Positions 18,731 through 27,772 of a DNA stretch of 34,971 nucleotides are shown here, in pieces; position 1 is the first letter of the stretch; each line of letters starts with the position of its first letter. Below the pieces are notes generated by a model. The model did not search any database. It worked only from the letters and a program-made list of their open reading frames with translations, and was not told where the DNA came from. The translations under genes were made by a program, and so were the position numbers. Source of the stretch: Promethearchaeota archaeon (GTDB lineage Archaea; Asgardarchaeota; Lokiarchaeia; Sigyniarchaeales; SOKP01); NCBI GenBank assembly GCA_016840165.1, contig JAEOSU010000085.1:1-34971 (forward strand), written 5' to 3'.

Positions 18731-19669
18731 ATGGAAAGTAATCATGCTTATTCTAAATTAGGAGAGGCCCTAGCAAAGGGCGATTTTATCTTAACGGGCG
18801 AACTAGAACCTGAAAAAACCTGCGATCTTTCTCATCTTGTCCAAGAAGCAAAAGAAATGGCACCCTATGTGATAGCTGCCAACGTAACTGACAGTCCTCT
18901 TGGAATTGTGACCATTAATAGTTTAGCAGCTTCTTATATTGTACAAAGAGACGCTGGTTTAGAAGCAATTTGGCAAATGACCGTCAGAGATGTTAACAAA
19001 TTGGGCATTGCGGGAATGTTGATGGGAGCTCAAGCACTTGGAATTCATAATATCCTTTCTCTAACAGGAGATCACCCAAATATGGGAGATATGCCTGAGA
19101 GTAAACCAGTCTTTGACCTAGACTCAGCTACCTTAGTAAAACTTGCTCGAGAAATGGTAGATACAGGTAAAATTAATGGTCATGAAATTGAAGCTCCACC
19201 AAAGCTTCACATCGGCGTTGCTGCTAATCCAAACGCAGAACCTATGGAAGCTGAAGCTTTGAAGATAGGACGTAAAGCAGAAGCTGGTGCTGAATTCATC
19301 CAAACCCAAGTTGTATACGATTTAGATAGAACCATTGAATTCTTATCAGCAATTAAAAAGTATAATGTGCCAATACTGTTAGGAATATTCCCAATGAAAA
19401 GCTACGGTATTGCTAAAGGTTTTGATACGTTTGTGCCTGGTGTAAGCGTACCGAAAGATATTTTGGCGAAATGGAAAGGAATCAAAACTGATCTTAAGAA
19501 TGATAAAAAACTGCAAAAAGAAGCTTATGATCAAGCCAATTATGAATTCTTCAAACCCTTCATTACTGAACTCAGAAAAAAGAAACTTCTCGATGGGATC
19601 CATTGTATGGCCGTTCATTACCCTAGAATCTTCCCAAAATTAGAGGAAGTAATTAAAAGTACAAATTAA
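18731..19669 (+). CDS. metF: MetF (copy 2)
   Basis: TGELEP, NVTDSP, QMTVRD, LTGDH, EFIQTQ, GIHCM; GAGGTGA RBS 5 nt before ATG 18731. Confidence 0.93.
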   Translation: MESNHAYSKLGEALAKGDFILTGELEPEKTCDLSHLVQEAKEMAPYVIAANVTDSPLGIVTINSLAASYIVQRDAGLEAIWQMTVRDVNKLGIAGMLMGAQALGIHNILSLTGDHPNMGDMPESKPVFDLDSATLVKLAREMVDTGKINGHEIEAPPKLHIGVAANPNAEPMEAEALKIGRKAEAGAEFIQTQVVYDLDRTIEFLSAIKKYNVPILLGIFPMKSYGIAKGFDTFVPGVSVPKDILAKWKGIKTDLKNDKKLQKEAYDQANYEFFKPFITELRKKKLLDGIHCMAVHYPRIFPKLEEVIKSTN

Positions 19670-19681
19670 TTTTTTTTTTTT
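19670..19681 (+). terminator. Oligo-T terminator after metF copy 2
   Basis: T12 run directly after the stop codon. Confidence 0.55.
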
Positions 19682-19793
19682 AAATCTATATTAGAAGGAC
19701 TAATTATAAATTAGGTACTTCTTTCTTGTTTCTTTATTCAAGTTTTATTTCATTAATAAAAACTTTATATTCAATGGAAATCGAAATGAATCT

Positions 19794-21326
19794 ATGGAAT
19801 CATACGATTTAGTTGTAATTGGCTCTGGTGTCGGTCTTAATGTGCTTAATTATGGGTTACAAATGGGGCTTAATTGTGCTTTAGTGGAAGACACCAAACT
19901 TGGTGGGACATGTTTAACACGAGGATGTATTCCATCAAAGGTATTGGTCCATCCTGCAGATTTGATTAGGGAAGCAGAACATGCTCCAAAAGTAGGAGTG
20001 AAATTTGAGGTTTTAAATATTAACTGGGAACTGATTGCGAAACGGATGTGGTCCCAGATAGATGAAAGCAAAGAAATGGAAAAGGGATTGTCAGAAGTTT
20101 CCAATCTAAAGTTCTATAATGGAGTGGGTGAATTTGTTAGTGAGTATGAGATGAAAGTAACTTCTGTAAAAACCGGAGAGGAACTCGGCCACTTCAGAGG
20201 TGAACGTTTTGTTTTAGCTTCAGGGGCTCGTTCTTTTATTCCCCCAATCGACGGACTCGAAGAGACTGGATATATAACGAATGAAACCTTCTTTGGGGAT
20301 AAATTTCCAGAAAAACCGTGGGAAAGTTTAATCATAATTGGTGGGGGAGTGATCGCTGCCGAATTTGCTCATATCTTTTCTGCTTTAGGAACTGAAGTGA
20401 CCATTGTGGAGATGCTTCCTCGCTTGGTAATGACCGAAGAACCAGAAATAAGCAAATTTTTGGAAACCAATTTTAAGAAACATTTGAAGGTTCTTGTAAA
20501 CCATAAAGCGATTCGAGCACAATCAAAAAAGAAAATGAAGATAGTGACGCTTCAAAACGTAAATACTCAAGATGAGATTGAAATTAAGGCAGAAGAAATA
20601 CTTGTCGCAACTGGTAGACGTTCCAATACGGATTTACTAAAAGTCGAAAAAACAGGTGTAGAAACTGATGAGAGGGGATGGATCAAGACAAATAAATTTT
20701 TAGAAACAACAAAAGAAAAGATTTGGTGCATCGGAGATGCTAATGGGCTTTATCAATTCCGACACAAGGCGAATTATGAATCTGAATTATGCGTTAATAA
20801 TATGTTTGGTCCCCCAGAAGGCAAGAAACAAGCTGATTATTCTTCAGTACCATGGGCTATATTTTCTTATCCCCAGATTGGCCACGTTGGAATGACTGAA
20901 AAAGAAGCAATTGAAAATGGTCATGAGATCTATGTGGCGACTAAGCATTACTCCTCCGTTGCCAAAGGATTTGCGATGGGATATGAAAAAGGTGATGGCG
21001 ATGATGGATTCGTGAAATTAGTGATTGATAAGTCCTATAGGATCTTAGGAGCTCATGTAATTGGTCCTCATGCGGCAGTATTAGTACAACCATTTGTCTA
21101 TTTGATGAATGCGGGATTTACTTGCGAATTACCTAATATGGGAGAGGAACCAGAGCTTCCAAAATTGGCTCGAGCATGCCCCGAAAGTGGTTCATTTATG
21201 CCAATCTATAAATCAATGGTAATTCATCCTTCTTTAAATGAAGTTACCGGTTGGGCAATTGGTTCGCTCCGACCGGTGAATATAAAAATGGAACACCATC
21301 ATCATCACCATAATCATGAAGAATGA
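19794..21326 (+). CDS. Class I pyridine nucleotide-disulfide oxidoreductase (dihydrolipoamide dehydrogenase/mycothione reductase-like) with His-rich tail
   Basis: VIGSG, GGTCLTRGCIPSK redox disulfide, GGGVIAAE, ATGR, IGD, HPSLNE His-Glu pair; ends EHHHHHHNHEE. Confidence 0.92.
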   Translation: MESYDLVVIGSGVGLNVLNYGLQMGLNCALVEDTKLGGTCLTRGCIPSKVLVHPADLIREAEHAPKVGVKFEVLNINWELIAKRMWSQIDESKEMEKGLSEVSNLKFYNGVGEFVSEYEMKVTSVKTGEELGHFRGERFVLASGARSFIPPIDGLEETGYITNETFFGDKFPEKPWESLIIIGGGVIAAEFAHIFSALGTEVTIVEMLPRLVMTEEPEISKFLETNFKKHLKVLVNHKAIRAQSKKKMKIVTLQNVNTQDEIEIKAEEILVATGRRSNTDLLKVEKTGVETDERGWIKTNKFLETTKEKIWCIGDANGLYQFRHKANYESELCVNNMFGPPEGKKQADYSSVPWAIFSYPQIGHVGMTEKEAIENGHEIYVATKHYSSVAKGFAMGYEKGDGDDGFVKLVIDKSYRILGAHVIGPHAAVLVQPFVYLMNAGFTCELPNMGEEPELPKLARACPESGSFMPIYKSMVIHPSLNEVTGWAIGSLRPVNIKMEHHHHHHNHEE

Positions 21327-21402
21327 ATTTTCATTCTTTTCTAATTCTTCTTTTATTTAAACCATCACATTTTTAGATTACATTTCCTAATATTAAGAGT
21401 AG

Positions 21403-23313
21403 ATGGCTGTAAAAAATAATAAAACTTTCTCTGATAAGACAATTGGACAAATTTTCACTCCAAGTTATATTGCGGAATTTATGGTAAAAAATGTGATACG
21501 TGTTCTAAAAGATATTTCTAATACTTATAATGAGCCATTGAAATTAGATGAACTTAAAGTTTTAGAACCCGCTTCAGGGGAAGGAATATTTTTAAAAATT
21601 TTGTTAGAAAACAACTTTCAGGACATCACCGCATATGAAATTGATGAATCTCTCAGAATGTATTTGGAATTAACATATCCAGAAGTCAATTTTAAATTTC
21701 TAGATTTCTTATCATCCAACTCTAAGGAGGGTTATGATATTATTATTGGAAATCCTCCTTATCTTGGACAGAACTATAACTCCTCTATCTTTCAAGAACT
21801 AGTACAAAAATATGATATTTGTAAGAAATATTTTGTTGGTAATATGGACTTATTTTATTATTTTATCCACTTAGGAATCGAAAAATTGAAACCAGGAGGG
21901 CTTCTTTCTTTCATTACGACAAACTATTGGATAACTAAGTCGAGAAAAACGGGAATAAAGTATCTTAAACCTCACATCTCAAAGGAATGCTTTTTGATAG
22001 AATACATTGATCTATCAAAAATCTCTGTTTTCAAAGATGCGAAAGGTCAACATAATTGTATTTTTACGCTTCAAAAAAAGTCCGAACATGAAAAACAAAA
22101 TAATGTGGATAAAAAAATTGAAGTAATTCAAATTAGACCTAGAAATATACAAGGTAATGAAAATTTAGATGAAAAAATCTTCACACACATATTAAATAGA
22201 GAAAGTTCCTCAAATCTATTAAGATACAGATCAGCGATGACAAATAAAGATTTATCTAAAGATAACGGTTGGAATTTAAAGTATCCGCTTGAGGTAAAGG
22301 TTGTTGTAGATAAGATTGAGAAATATTGTAGGTTTGATGGGAAGTCAACATATTTAACCGATTTTTTTGTCATTCGAAATGGATTAATACTGATAAAAGA
22401 TGAAGTTTTCATACTAAGAGAGAATGAGGACCTAAAAATTATTGATACGGAAATGTTTATCAAGATTAACGAAACATTCGTAAAACTAACCGATGAAGAG
22501 AAAACAAAATTAAAAAAAATATTTAAGAGTAAAGTGATAAAGCCTTTCTCTTATGACAAGAGTGATTTTTTAGGTTTTTTAATCTATTTTGATAAGAATG
22601 AATTTATAAATCAAAACTTAACTACACGAAATGAACTATTAGAACGGCATTATCCTAATTTAACAGCATATTTAAATCAATACAAAAGAGAGCTTGTAAA
22701 TATACTTAGGAATGCCAAAGAAAATGTTAAAGATATTTATTTTCCACGAAGAGGGAGCTTGATTACTCAGTATGACATTGAAAATAAAAGAAAACTAATT
22801 GCTCTCGAACCATACTATGATAAGGGCTCTAAAATATTTTTTAGTTACATTACTAATTCAAATGCGTTTGGATATACGAGAGATTCATATTATGCTACCT
22901 CTGATACTTATTTCTTATGGTTAAGGGAGGGGATGGACGATATTGATTACTTATTTATACTTGCTTATCTTAATTCAAAGATTGTAAAATTTTTGTTTAA
23001 AGCAAAAAACATAACGATTAAGAGAAGTAAGACTAAATTGGAAGAGGAGATACCAATTCCCAACATTCTGTTATTTCAATCTCCATATCAATTAGAATTA
23101 ATAGATTTAATTCGATATTGTACTTCAAATTTGACTCAAAATATAATGTCCATGGATGAAACCAAATTAGATAAGTTAAAGGAACTAAATCCTAATACTT
23201 ATTCTCAAATACGAAATGTAAGAAACTTCAAAAGAATAATAGATATATGCCTTCTTAATTTATTTAATTTGGATGAGGAGGATATAGATCTTTTGATGGA
23301 GAAATATTATTAG
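21403..23313 (+). CDS. N6-adenine DNA methyltransferase, gamma class (M.TaqI/Eco57I-like), orphan
   Basis: GQIFTP, LEPASGEG (motif I), IIGNPPY (motif IV), DLFYYF, LKPGG, C-terminal LAYLNSK in a TRD-like region. Confidence 0.9.
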   Translation: MAVKNNKTFSDKTIGQIFTPSYIAEFMVKNVIRVLKDISNTYNEPLKLDELKVLEPASGEGIFLKILLENNFQDITAYEIDESLRMYLELTYPEVNFKFLDFLSSNSKEGYDIIIGNPPYLGQNYNSSIFQELVQKYDICKKYFVGNMDLFYYFIHLGIEKLKPGGLLSFITTNYWITKSRKTGIKYLKPHISKECFLIEYIDLSKISVFKDAKGQHNCIFTLQKKSEHEKQNNVDKKIEVIQIRPRNIQGNENLDEKIFTHILNRESSSNLLRYRSAMTNKDLSKDNGWNLKYPLEVKVVVDKIEKYCRFDGKSTYLTDFFVIRNGLILIKDEVFILRENEDLKIIDTEMFIKINETFVKLTDEEKTKLKKIFKSKVIKPFSYDKSDFLGFLIYFDKNEFINQNLTTRNELLERHYPNLTAYLNQYKRELVNILRNAKENVKDIYFPRRGSLITQYDIENKRKLIALEPYYDKGSKIFFSYITNSNAFGYTRDSYYATSDTYFLWLREGMDDIDYLFILAYLNSKIVKFLFKAKNITIKRSKTKLEEEIPIPNILLFQSPYQLELIDLIRYCTSNLTQNIMSMDETKLDKLKELNPNTYSQIRNVRNFKRIIDICLLNLFNLDEEDIDLLMEKYY

Positions 23314-23329
23314 ACGAGCTATTATATAT

Positions 23330-24388
23330 TTAACCGAAAGAAATTCCCCCTGATTTTGCTAATAAACTTATATCCTCCCATAAATAACTTGTATCGATCA
23401 TTGTAGGAGAATTGCAACTATAACACTTCTCACATTCTTTAGTGAATTTAGCAAATTCAGGAAGTTTTAAAACTTCCATAACAGATATCTGGCGTAAATT
23501 AGCGATAGGTTTATCAAGTTGAAGACAATTTTCAATGTCTCCATTATAGTTGACAAACATGAAGATTTTTTTTGTCTGACATACATAATGCTTTTTCCCG
23601 CCTATAAAGTGGTTTAAATACATTTCTGAATTTAATATTTTCGAACCACTCTTTTTAGCACCCAATATTATCTCAAATGCTTTACTGATATCGCTATCAC
23701 TCGCAGAAAGTGTACCTTTCTCATCTACATCACCATATGAATAATGACGAACAGTATTAATTACATTAAAAGCCACAGGAATTCCCATTTCATCTGATAA
23801 CGTTATCATTTCCTCAACACGGTTTATATTATGCTTACTAATAGAGAAGCTAAACTGAAGTGAAATTTTAGGATAATTAGCTTTAATAAAAGTAATAGAA
23901 TTCATGATTTTTTCGTATAATCCCGACAACCCTCTAATCTTATCATGTTCTTCAGCCTTAGGGGAGTCTAGAGATATCAGAATAAAATCTATATCATCTC
24001 CAAATTCTTTTATTTTCTCCGGAAGAAACCATCCATTCGTTACGATCCCTACAATTGCTAACTTTGACTCTTTTTTAATGAATTTAATAATTTCAGTAAT
24101 ATCTTTTCTAATGAGAGGTTCTCCACCCCATAAAATAGTTACTATAAATCCTGCTTCCTTTGCTTCCGAATAAATACGCTTAATTTCCTGAAGAGAAAGT
24201 TCGTCTTTTACCGTATTATCTTTCCAAAGACAAGTTTCGCAATAACAATTACATTTCAAAGTTGTTAAAAAGTGAAAAATAAATGGTCTTCCATTATTTT
24301 CCTTAGCCAACTTCGCAGCTAGCGCTATTTCGGCGATTTGCTTTTTCTTCTTTCTTTTTATTTGTTTATTAATTAACTCTTGTTCCAT
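23330..24388 (-). CDS. Radical SAM protein with C-terminal SPASM/twitch-like domain
   Basis: CNCYCETC (CX3CX2C), GGEP, TNG, ISLD; C-terminal C..G.IENC..CEKCYSC. Confidence 0.92.
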   Translation of the reverse strand: MEQELINKQIKRKKKKQIAEIALAAKLAKENNGRPFIFHFLTTLKCNCYCETCLWKDNTVKDELSLQEIKRIYSEAKEAGFIVTILWGGEPLIRKDITEIIKFIKKESKLAIVGIVTNGWFLPEKIKEFGDDIDFILISLDSPKAEEHDKIRGLSGLYEKIMNSITFIKANYPKISLQFSFSISKHNINRVEEMITLSDEMGIPVAFNVINTVRHYSYGDVDEKGTLSASDSDISKAFEIILGAKKSGSKILNSEMYLNHFIGGKKHYVCQTKKIFMFVNYNGDIENCLQLDKPIANLRQISVMEVLKLPEFAKFTKECEKCYSCNSPTMIDTSYLWEDISLLAKSGGISFG

Positions 24389-24455
24389 ACATATATCTGT
24401 TATAAAGGATTATTTATGATTAACGAAATAACAGTTTTAGGTCGATAAATTTTTC

Positions 24456-25520
24456 ATGAATGAATTTCCCCAATTTGACGATGTTGGCAGCTTTCCTCTG
24501 GCAGATAATATCGATAAAGAAACTTTTGACCGTTTCTATTGGATCGCCTACAAGGCTTTTGTAAATAAAAATGACATCTTTCAAAATAAAGGAATTCAGA
24601 TTCATTTTATCCAGCCGATGTTAGATTCTTTCAAATATAAACTTAGCGCTGGAGTAGAAATTATTAACTACCCCCAACATATGGACATGTATAAACAATT
24701 CTTAAAACCTATAGCTGATTTTGAGAAGGAACCTAATATTATAGATCCTGAAAAAGCCTATGTCCCAGAAATGTTTGTTATTGAACAATTTGCAAGAGAT
24801 TTCTTTGAAAAAACGGGTCAAACACTTCAAGTAAAATTATGTGTAACCGGTCCCATTGAATTATACGTACGAAAACATCAGTTTACTATCTATTATGATC
24901 TTGCTCTTAACCTAGCAAAATCCGTAAATACATTTCTTAAAAATTCAATCATCAATTCTAAATATCTAAGTACTTCAATCCTGTCTATTGATGAGCCCTC
25001 ATTAGGATATATGGATCTCATGAATACTAGCAATGCAGATTTGATTAAGATTTTTGATGCTTCATTGGAAGGTATAAAAAGAAAAGACACCACCATTCAA
25101 ATCCATATTCATACATTAAATCGAGCCGATATACCTCTAAACTCTAAGTTTATCGACGTTTTGACTTGTGAGTATGCGGCAGATAACAGCAATAAAATTC
25201 CGAAAAAGACTCTAGAGTCCTATGATAAATTTATTCGTGTTGGAATCACCCGGACAAACATTGATAATATAATTGCTGAGATATTAGATAAAGGAGAGTC
25301 ATGGGAGAATCTCCAGACCTTCGATGGAATGCTAAGTTTAATTGACTCTAAATCAACAATAAGGAAAAACCTTCTTACGGCATTGGAGATGTATGGTGAA
25401 AGATTGAAATTCATTGGTCCAGATTGTGGTTTGGGAGGTTGGCTCCATCCGCAGATTGCTTATGAATTATTGCTTCGTACTCGAAAAGTGATTTCTGAAG
25501 TTAGAAAAATAAGTCATTGA
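24456..25520 (+). CDS. Single-barrel (core) MetE-like methionine synthase family protein
   Basis: DVGSFP, VTGP, SIDEPSL, IHIH, CEY, GPDCGL; 354 aa, no N-terminal folate-binding barrel. Confidence 0.8.
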   Translation: MNEFPQFDDVGSFPLADNIDKETFDRFYWIAYKAFVNKNDIFQNKGIQIHFIQPMLDSFKYKLSAGVEIINYPQHMDMYKQFLKPIADFEKEPNIIDPEKAYVPEMFVIEQFARDFFEKTGQTLQVKLCVTGPIELYVRKHQFTIYYDLALNLAKSVNTFLKNSIINSKYLSTSILSIDEPSLGYMDLMNTSNADLIKIFDASLEGIKRKDTTIQIHIHTLNRADIPLNSKFIDVLTCEYAADNSNKIPKKTLESYDKFIRVGITRTNIDNIIAEILDKGESWENLQTFDGMLSLIDSKSTIRKNLLTALEMYGERLKFIGPDCGLGGWLHPQIAYELLLRTRKVISEVRKISH

Positions 25521-25559
25521 ACCTTATATCTCTGTAAACCACTTTTTTAGATATTCAAA

Positions 25560-26162
25560 TTAAGGATAAACTTCTCTAATTTTTTTAACATCGTTGTTTT
25601 CTCTTAAATCGAAATATGCATTAATGAGATGTAAAAATTCTATTGTATTGTTTTTAAGGGTTAGGTTGTGAGACTCTCTTATTTTAACTTTTTTAAAAAT
25701 GTTATAATCAATTATTATATTTTCACATTTGAAAATAATGAGAATTGGGATATTCATCCCTTCTATAAGTAAAAAATCTTCAATATCTCTCATCCTGATC
25801 AGCCCAATATTATACTCTCGTTTAACAATATAATAAGGCTCCATATAAGTTCCTTTTCCCTCAATAATTCCATCATCCAACAGACTTTGAAGACTCTTAG
25901 CGTCGATAAACATAACACCATGGGCGAAATATGTAACATCGTTTCGTTTTATATAAGAAGTATACATTTGAACGGTGCCCCAAATTAAAAACGGTAAACC
26001 TCCGACTAAGTAACGAGATAAGTAATCAAAAAAAGAAGGATTCATATTAACATCTAAATTTGATGGTTCAATTAAAAGAAATATTAAACCTACCACTGGA
26101 ATGCTTGAACCAACAATTACCATCAATAATCCAGAATAAAACCATCCTTTCCATCTTTCCAA
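25560..26162 (-). CDS. Membrane protein: 2 TM helices plus a short right-handed beta-helix-like domain
   Basis: Two hydrophobic helices, GKGTYMEPYYI cap motif, I-x-x-C/S-x-N-I/L-x-I/L-x-x-N repeats; GGTGA RBS favours TTG 26162. Confidence 0.7.
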   Translation of the reverse strand: MERWKGWFYSGLLMVIVGSSIPVVGLIFLLIEPSNLDVNMNPSFFDYLSRYLVGGLPFLIWGTVQMYTSYIKRNDVTYFAHGVMFIDAKSLQSLLDDGIIEGKGTYMEPYYIVKREYNIGLIRMRDIEDFLLIEGMNIPILIIFKCENIIIDYNIFKKVKIRESHNLTLKNNTIEFLHLINAYFDLRENNDVKKIREVYP

Positions 26163-26293
26163 AAATTTCACCCTTCTATAGTTTTATTAAATTTTTTATA
26201 ATAAAATTTTTTGCTTTTATGGGGTAACTAGTAAATAAAATGCCTTTCATTAAAATTAGCTTTCAAAACTATTTCCAACAAAACTCAGGTAAA

Positions 26294-27544
26294 CTAATAA
26301 AAATTATTTTTTTTTTTAAACGCAATATCTTTCAGTTTTTGAATTTCTGAATTTTCTAGCTCATTTTCATCTAAATATAATCTCTCTAATGTAATTAAAT
26401 TTTCAAGCCCCTCTATCCTTTTTATCCTATTCTCGCTAAGATCTAAAACTTTTAGCTTTTTCAATGTCTCTAAACCACTAATCTCTGTAATCTCATTTCC
26501 AGCTAAATAAAGCGACTTAAGTTCTGTTAGATTCTCCAAGCCTTCGATTTTATTTATTTTATTAAATTCTAAATAAAGTTCCTCCAAATTCTCCAGAGTC
26601 TCTAAATTCTTTATCTCCTTTATTTGATTCGATCCTAAATCGAGATAATTCAATTTCTCTAATCCTTCTAAGCCGGATATTTCCGATAATTTGCCACCCA
26701 TCAAACCTAACGTTTCTAAATCTTTTAGGTTGTTAATAGATTTAATCTCCTTTAATTTACTTTGAGTAAAGCTTAATGCTTTCAAATCAGAAAATCTTTC
26801 AATCCCCTCAATGTCCTTAAAGAAAGTGTATTTGATAAATAACCGTTCTAATTTTGAAAAATTGAAAACTCCCTCAATCTCGCACAATCTCTCCACTCCA
26901 ACAGGACTATGTCTCATCTGTAACTCGACCACATACCCCTCCTTGAATTCCACCCCTAAATCGGATGCTTGATCATGATAAAAGCTGCTAATGAAAATTA
27001 CTGTCTCAAAGTTTATCATGATTTCCATCAAATGTTTGGCTGAAAATTCCTTTCTTTCCTTGAATTCAAAAAGAGCATTGTACTCCTCCGCCAAACCCTT
27101 GAAAAATGATTTATGCAAATGGCGGACCTTCTGTATATGTCCCAATACGACATTATCCAGCTCCTCTACCAAAAATTTACGTAAAAATTCTGGTCTATGG
27201 CGAAGAAGTACGCGTAACACCCCTGCTAACTGATAAGGTGTGGTATAATGATCTAAAACCCATCGAATCGAATCTATCCCCTTCTCAAAAAAATGCTTGA
27301 TAATGATTTCCGCGGAAATCACACCGATCTCGTAATTCGAATCGGAAACCATAAGCTCCTCAAAAATCTTATAGAATTCCTCGTCCACAATCTCTAATTG
27401 GTCTATTATTTTAATAGAGTCTAACCTCTCCGCCTCCTCATTACTATTTCTTACATATGAAATCAAAAGGTCAAGCGCCGCACCTTTAGTTATCTTACCC
27501 TGATTTAATTTTTTTGAAATCTCGTAAGGACTTGGTTTCGGCAT
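26294..27544 (-). CDS. Leucine-rich repeat protein (SDS22-like 22-aa repeats) with helical N-terminal domain
   Basis: Repeats such as LEGLEKLNYLDLGSNQIKEIKN, LETLENLEELYLEFNKINKIEG and LENLTELKSLYLAGNEITEISG. Confidence 0.93.
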   Translation of the reverse strand: MPKPSPYEISKKLNQGKITKGAALDLLISYVRNSNEEAERLDSIKIIDQLEIVDEEFYKIFEELMVSDSNYEIGVISAEIIIKHFFEKGIDSIRWVLDHYTTPYQLAGVLRVLLRHRPEFLRKFLVEELDNVVLGHIQKVRHLHKSFFKGLAEEYNALFEFKERKEFSAKHLMEIMINFETVIFISSFYHDQASDLGVEFKEGYVVELQMRHSPVGVERLCEIEGVFNFSKLERLFIKYTFFKDIEGIERFSDLKALSFTQSKLKEIKSINNLKDLETLGLMGGKLSEISGLEGLEKLNYLDLGSNQIKEIKNLETLENLEELYLEFNKINKIEGLENLTELKSLYLAGNEITEISGLETLKKLKVLDLSENRIKRIEGLENLITLERLYLDENELENSEIQKLKDIAFKKKNNFY

Positions 27545-27696
27545 TACAGTAATATTATAGAAATAAACCTATTTAAAGCTAACCTCTTCTATGGAATATT
27601 GATTTTTTTACAATACTTAGAGTTTTTTAAAATATGTATTCATAAACGACAACTTTAGGAATCGATATTGAAGTTATAATATAAAAACAATACATT

Positions 27697-27743
27697 TTTA
27701 TATTTTCATTTGCATATTTTTATTGACAATTAATGATTGACAA
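27697..27743 (+). promoter_or_regulatory. Putative hsp20 operon promoter with direct-repeat operator
   Basis: TTTATAT at 27697-27703; ATTGACAA at 27722-27729 and 27736-27743. Confidence 0.45.
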
Positions 27744-27772
27744 AAATTATTAAATAGTTTTAAGGTGAGAAA

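Noticed and set aside
21324-21326. TGA readthrough after the His tail
   Set aside because: An in-frame TAA follows within six codons in a T-rich terminator-like tract
21403-24388. MTase plus radical SAM as a joint DNA-modification or defence system
   Set aside because: The genes are convergent, and no nuclease or other defence genes are nearby
26345-26860. 66-nt periodicity as a CRISPR or DNA repeat array
   Set aside because: Explained by LRR coding repeats; no identical repeats with unique spacers
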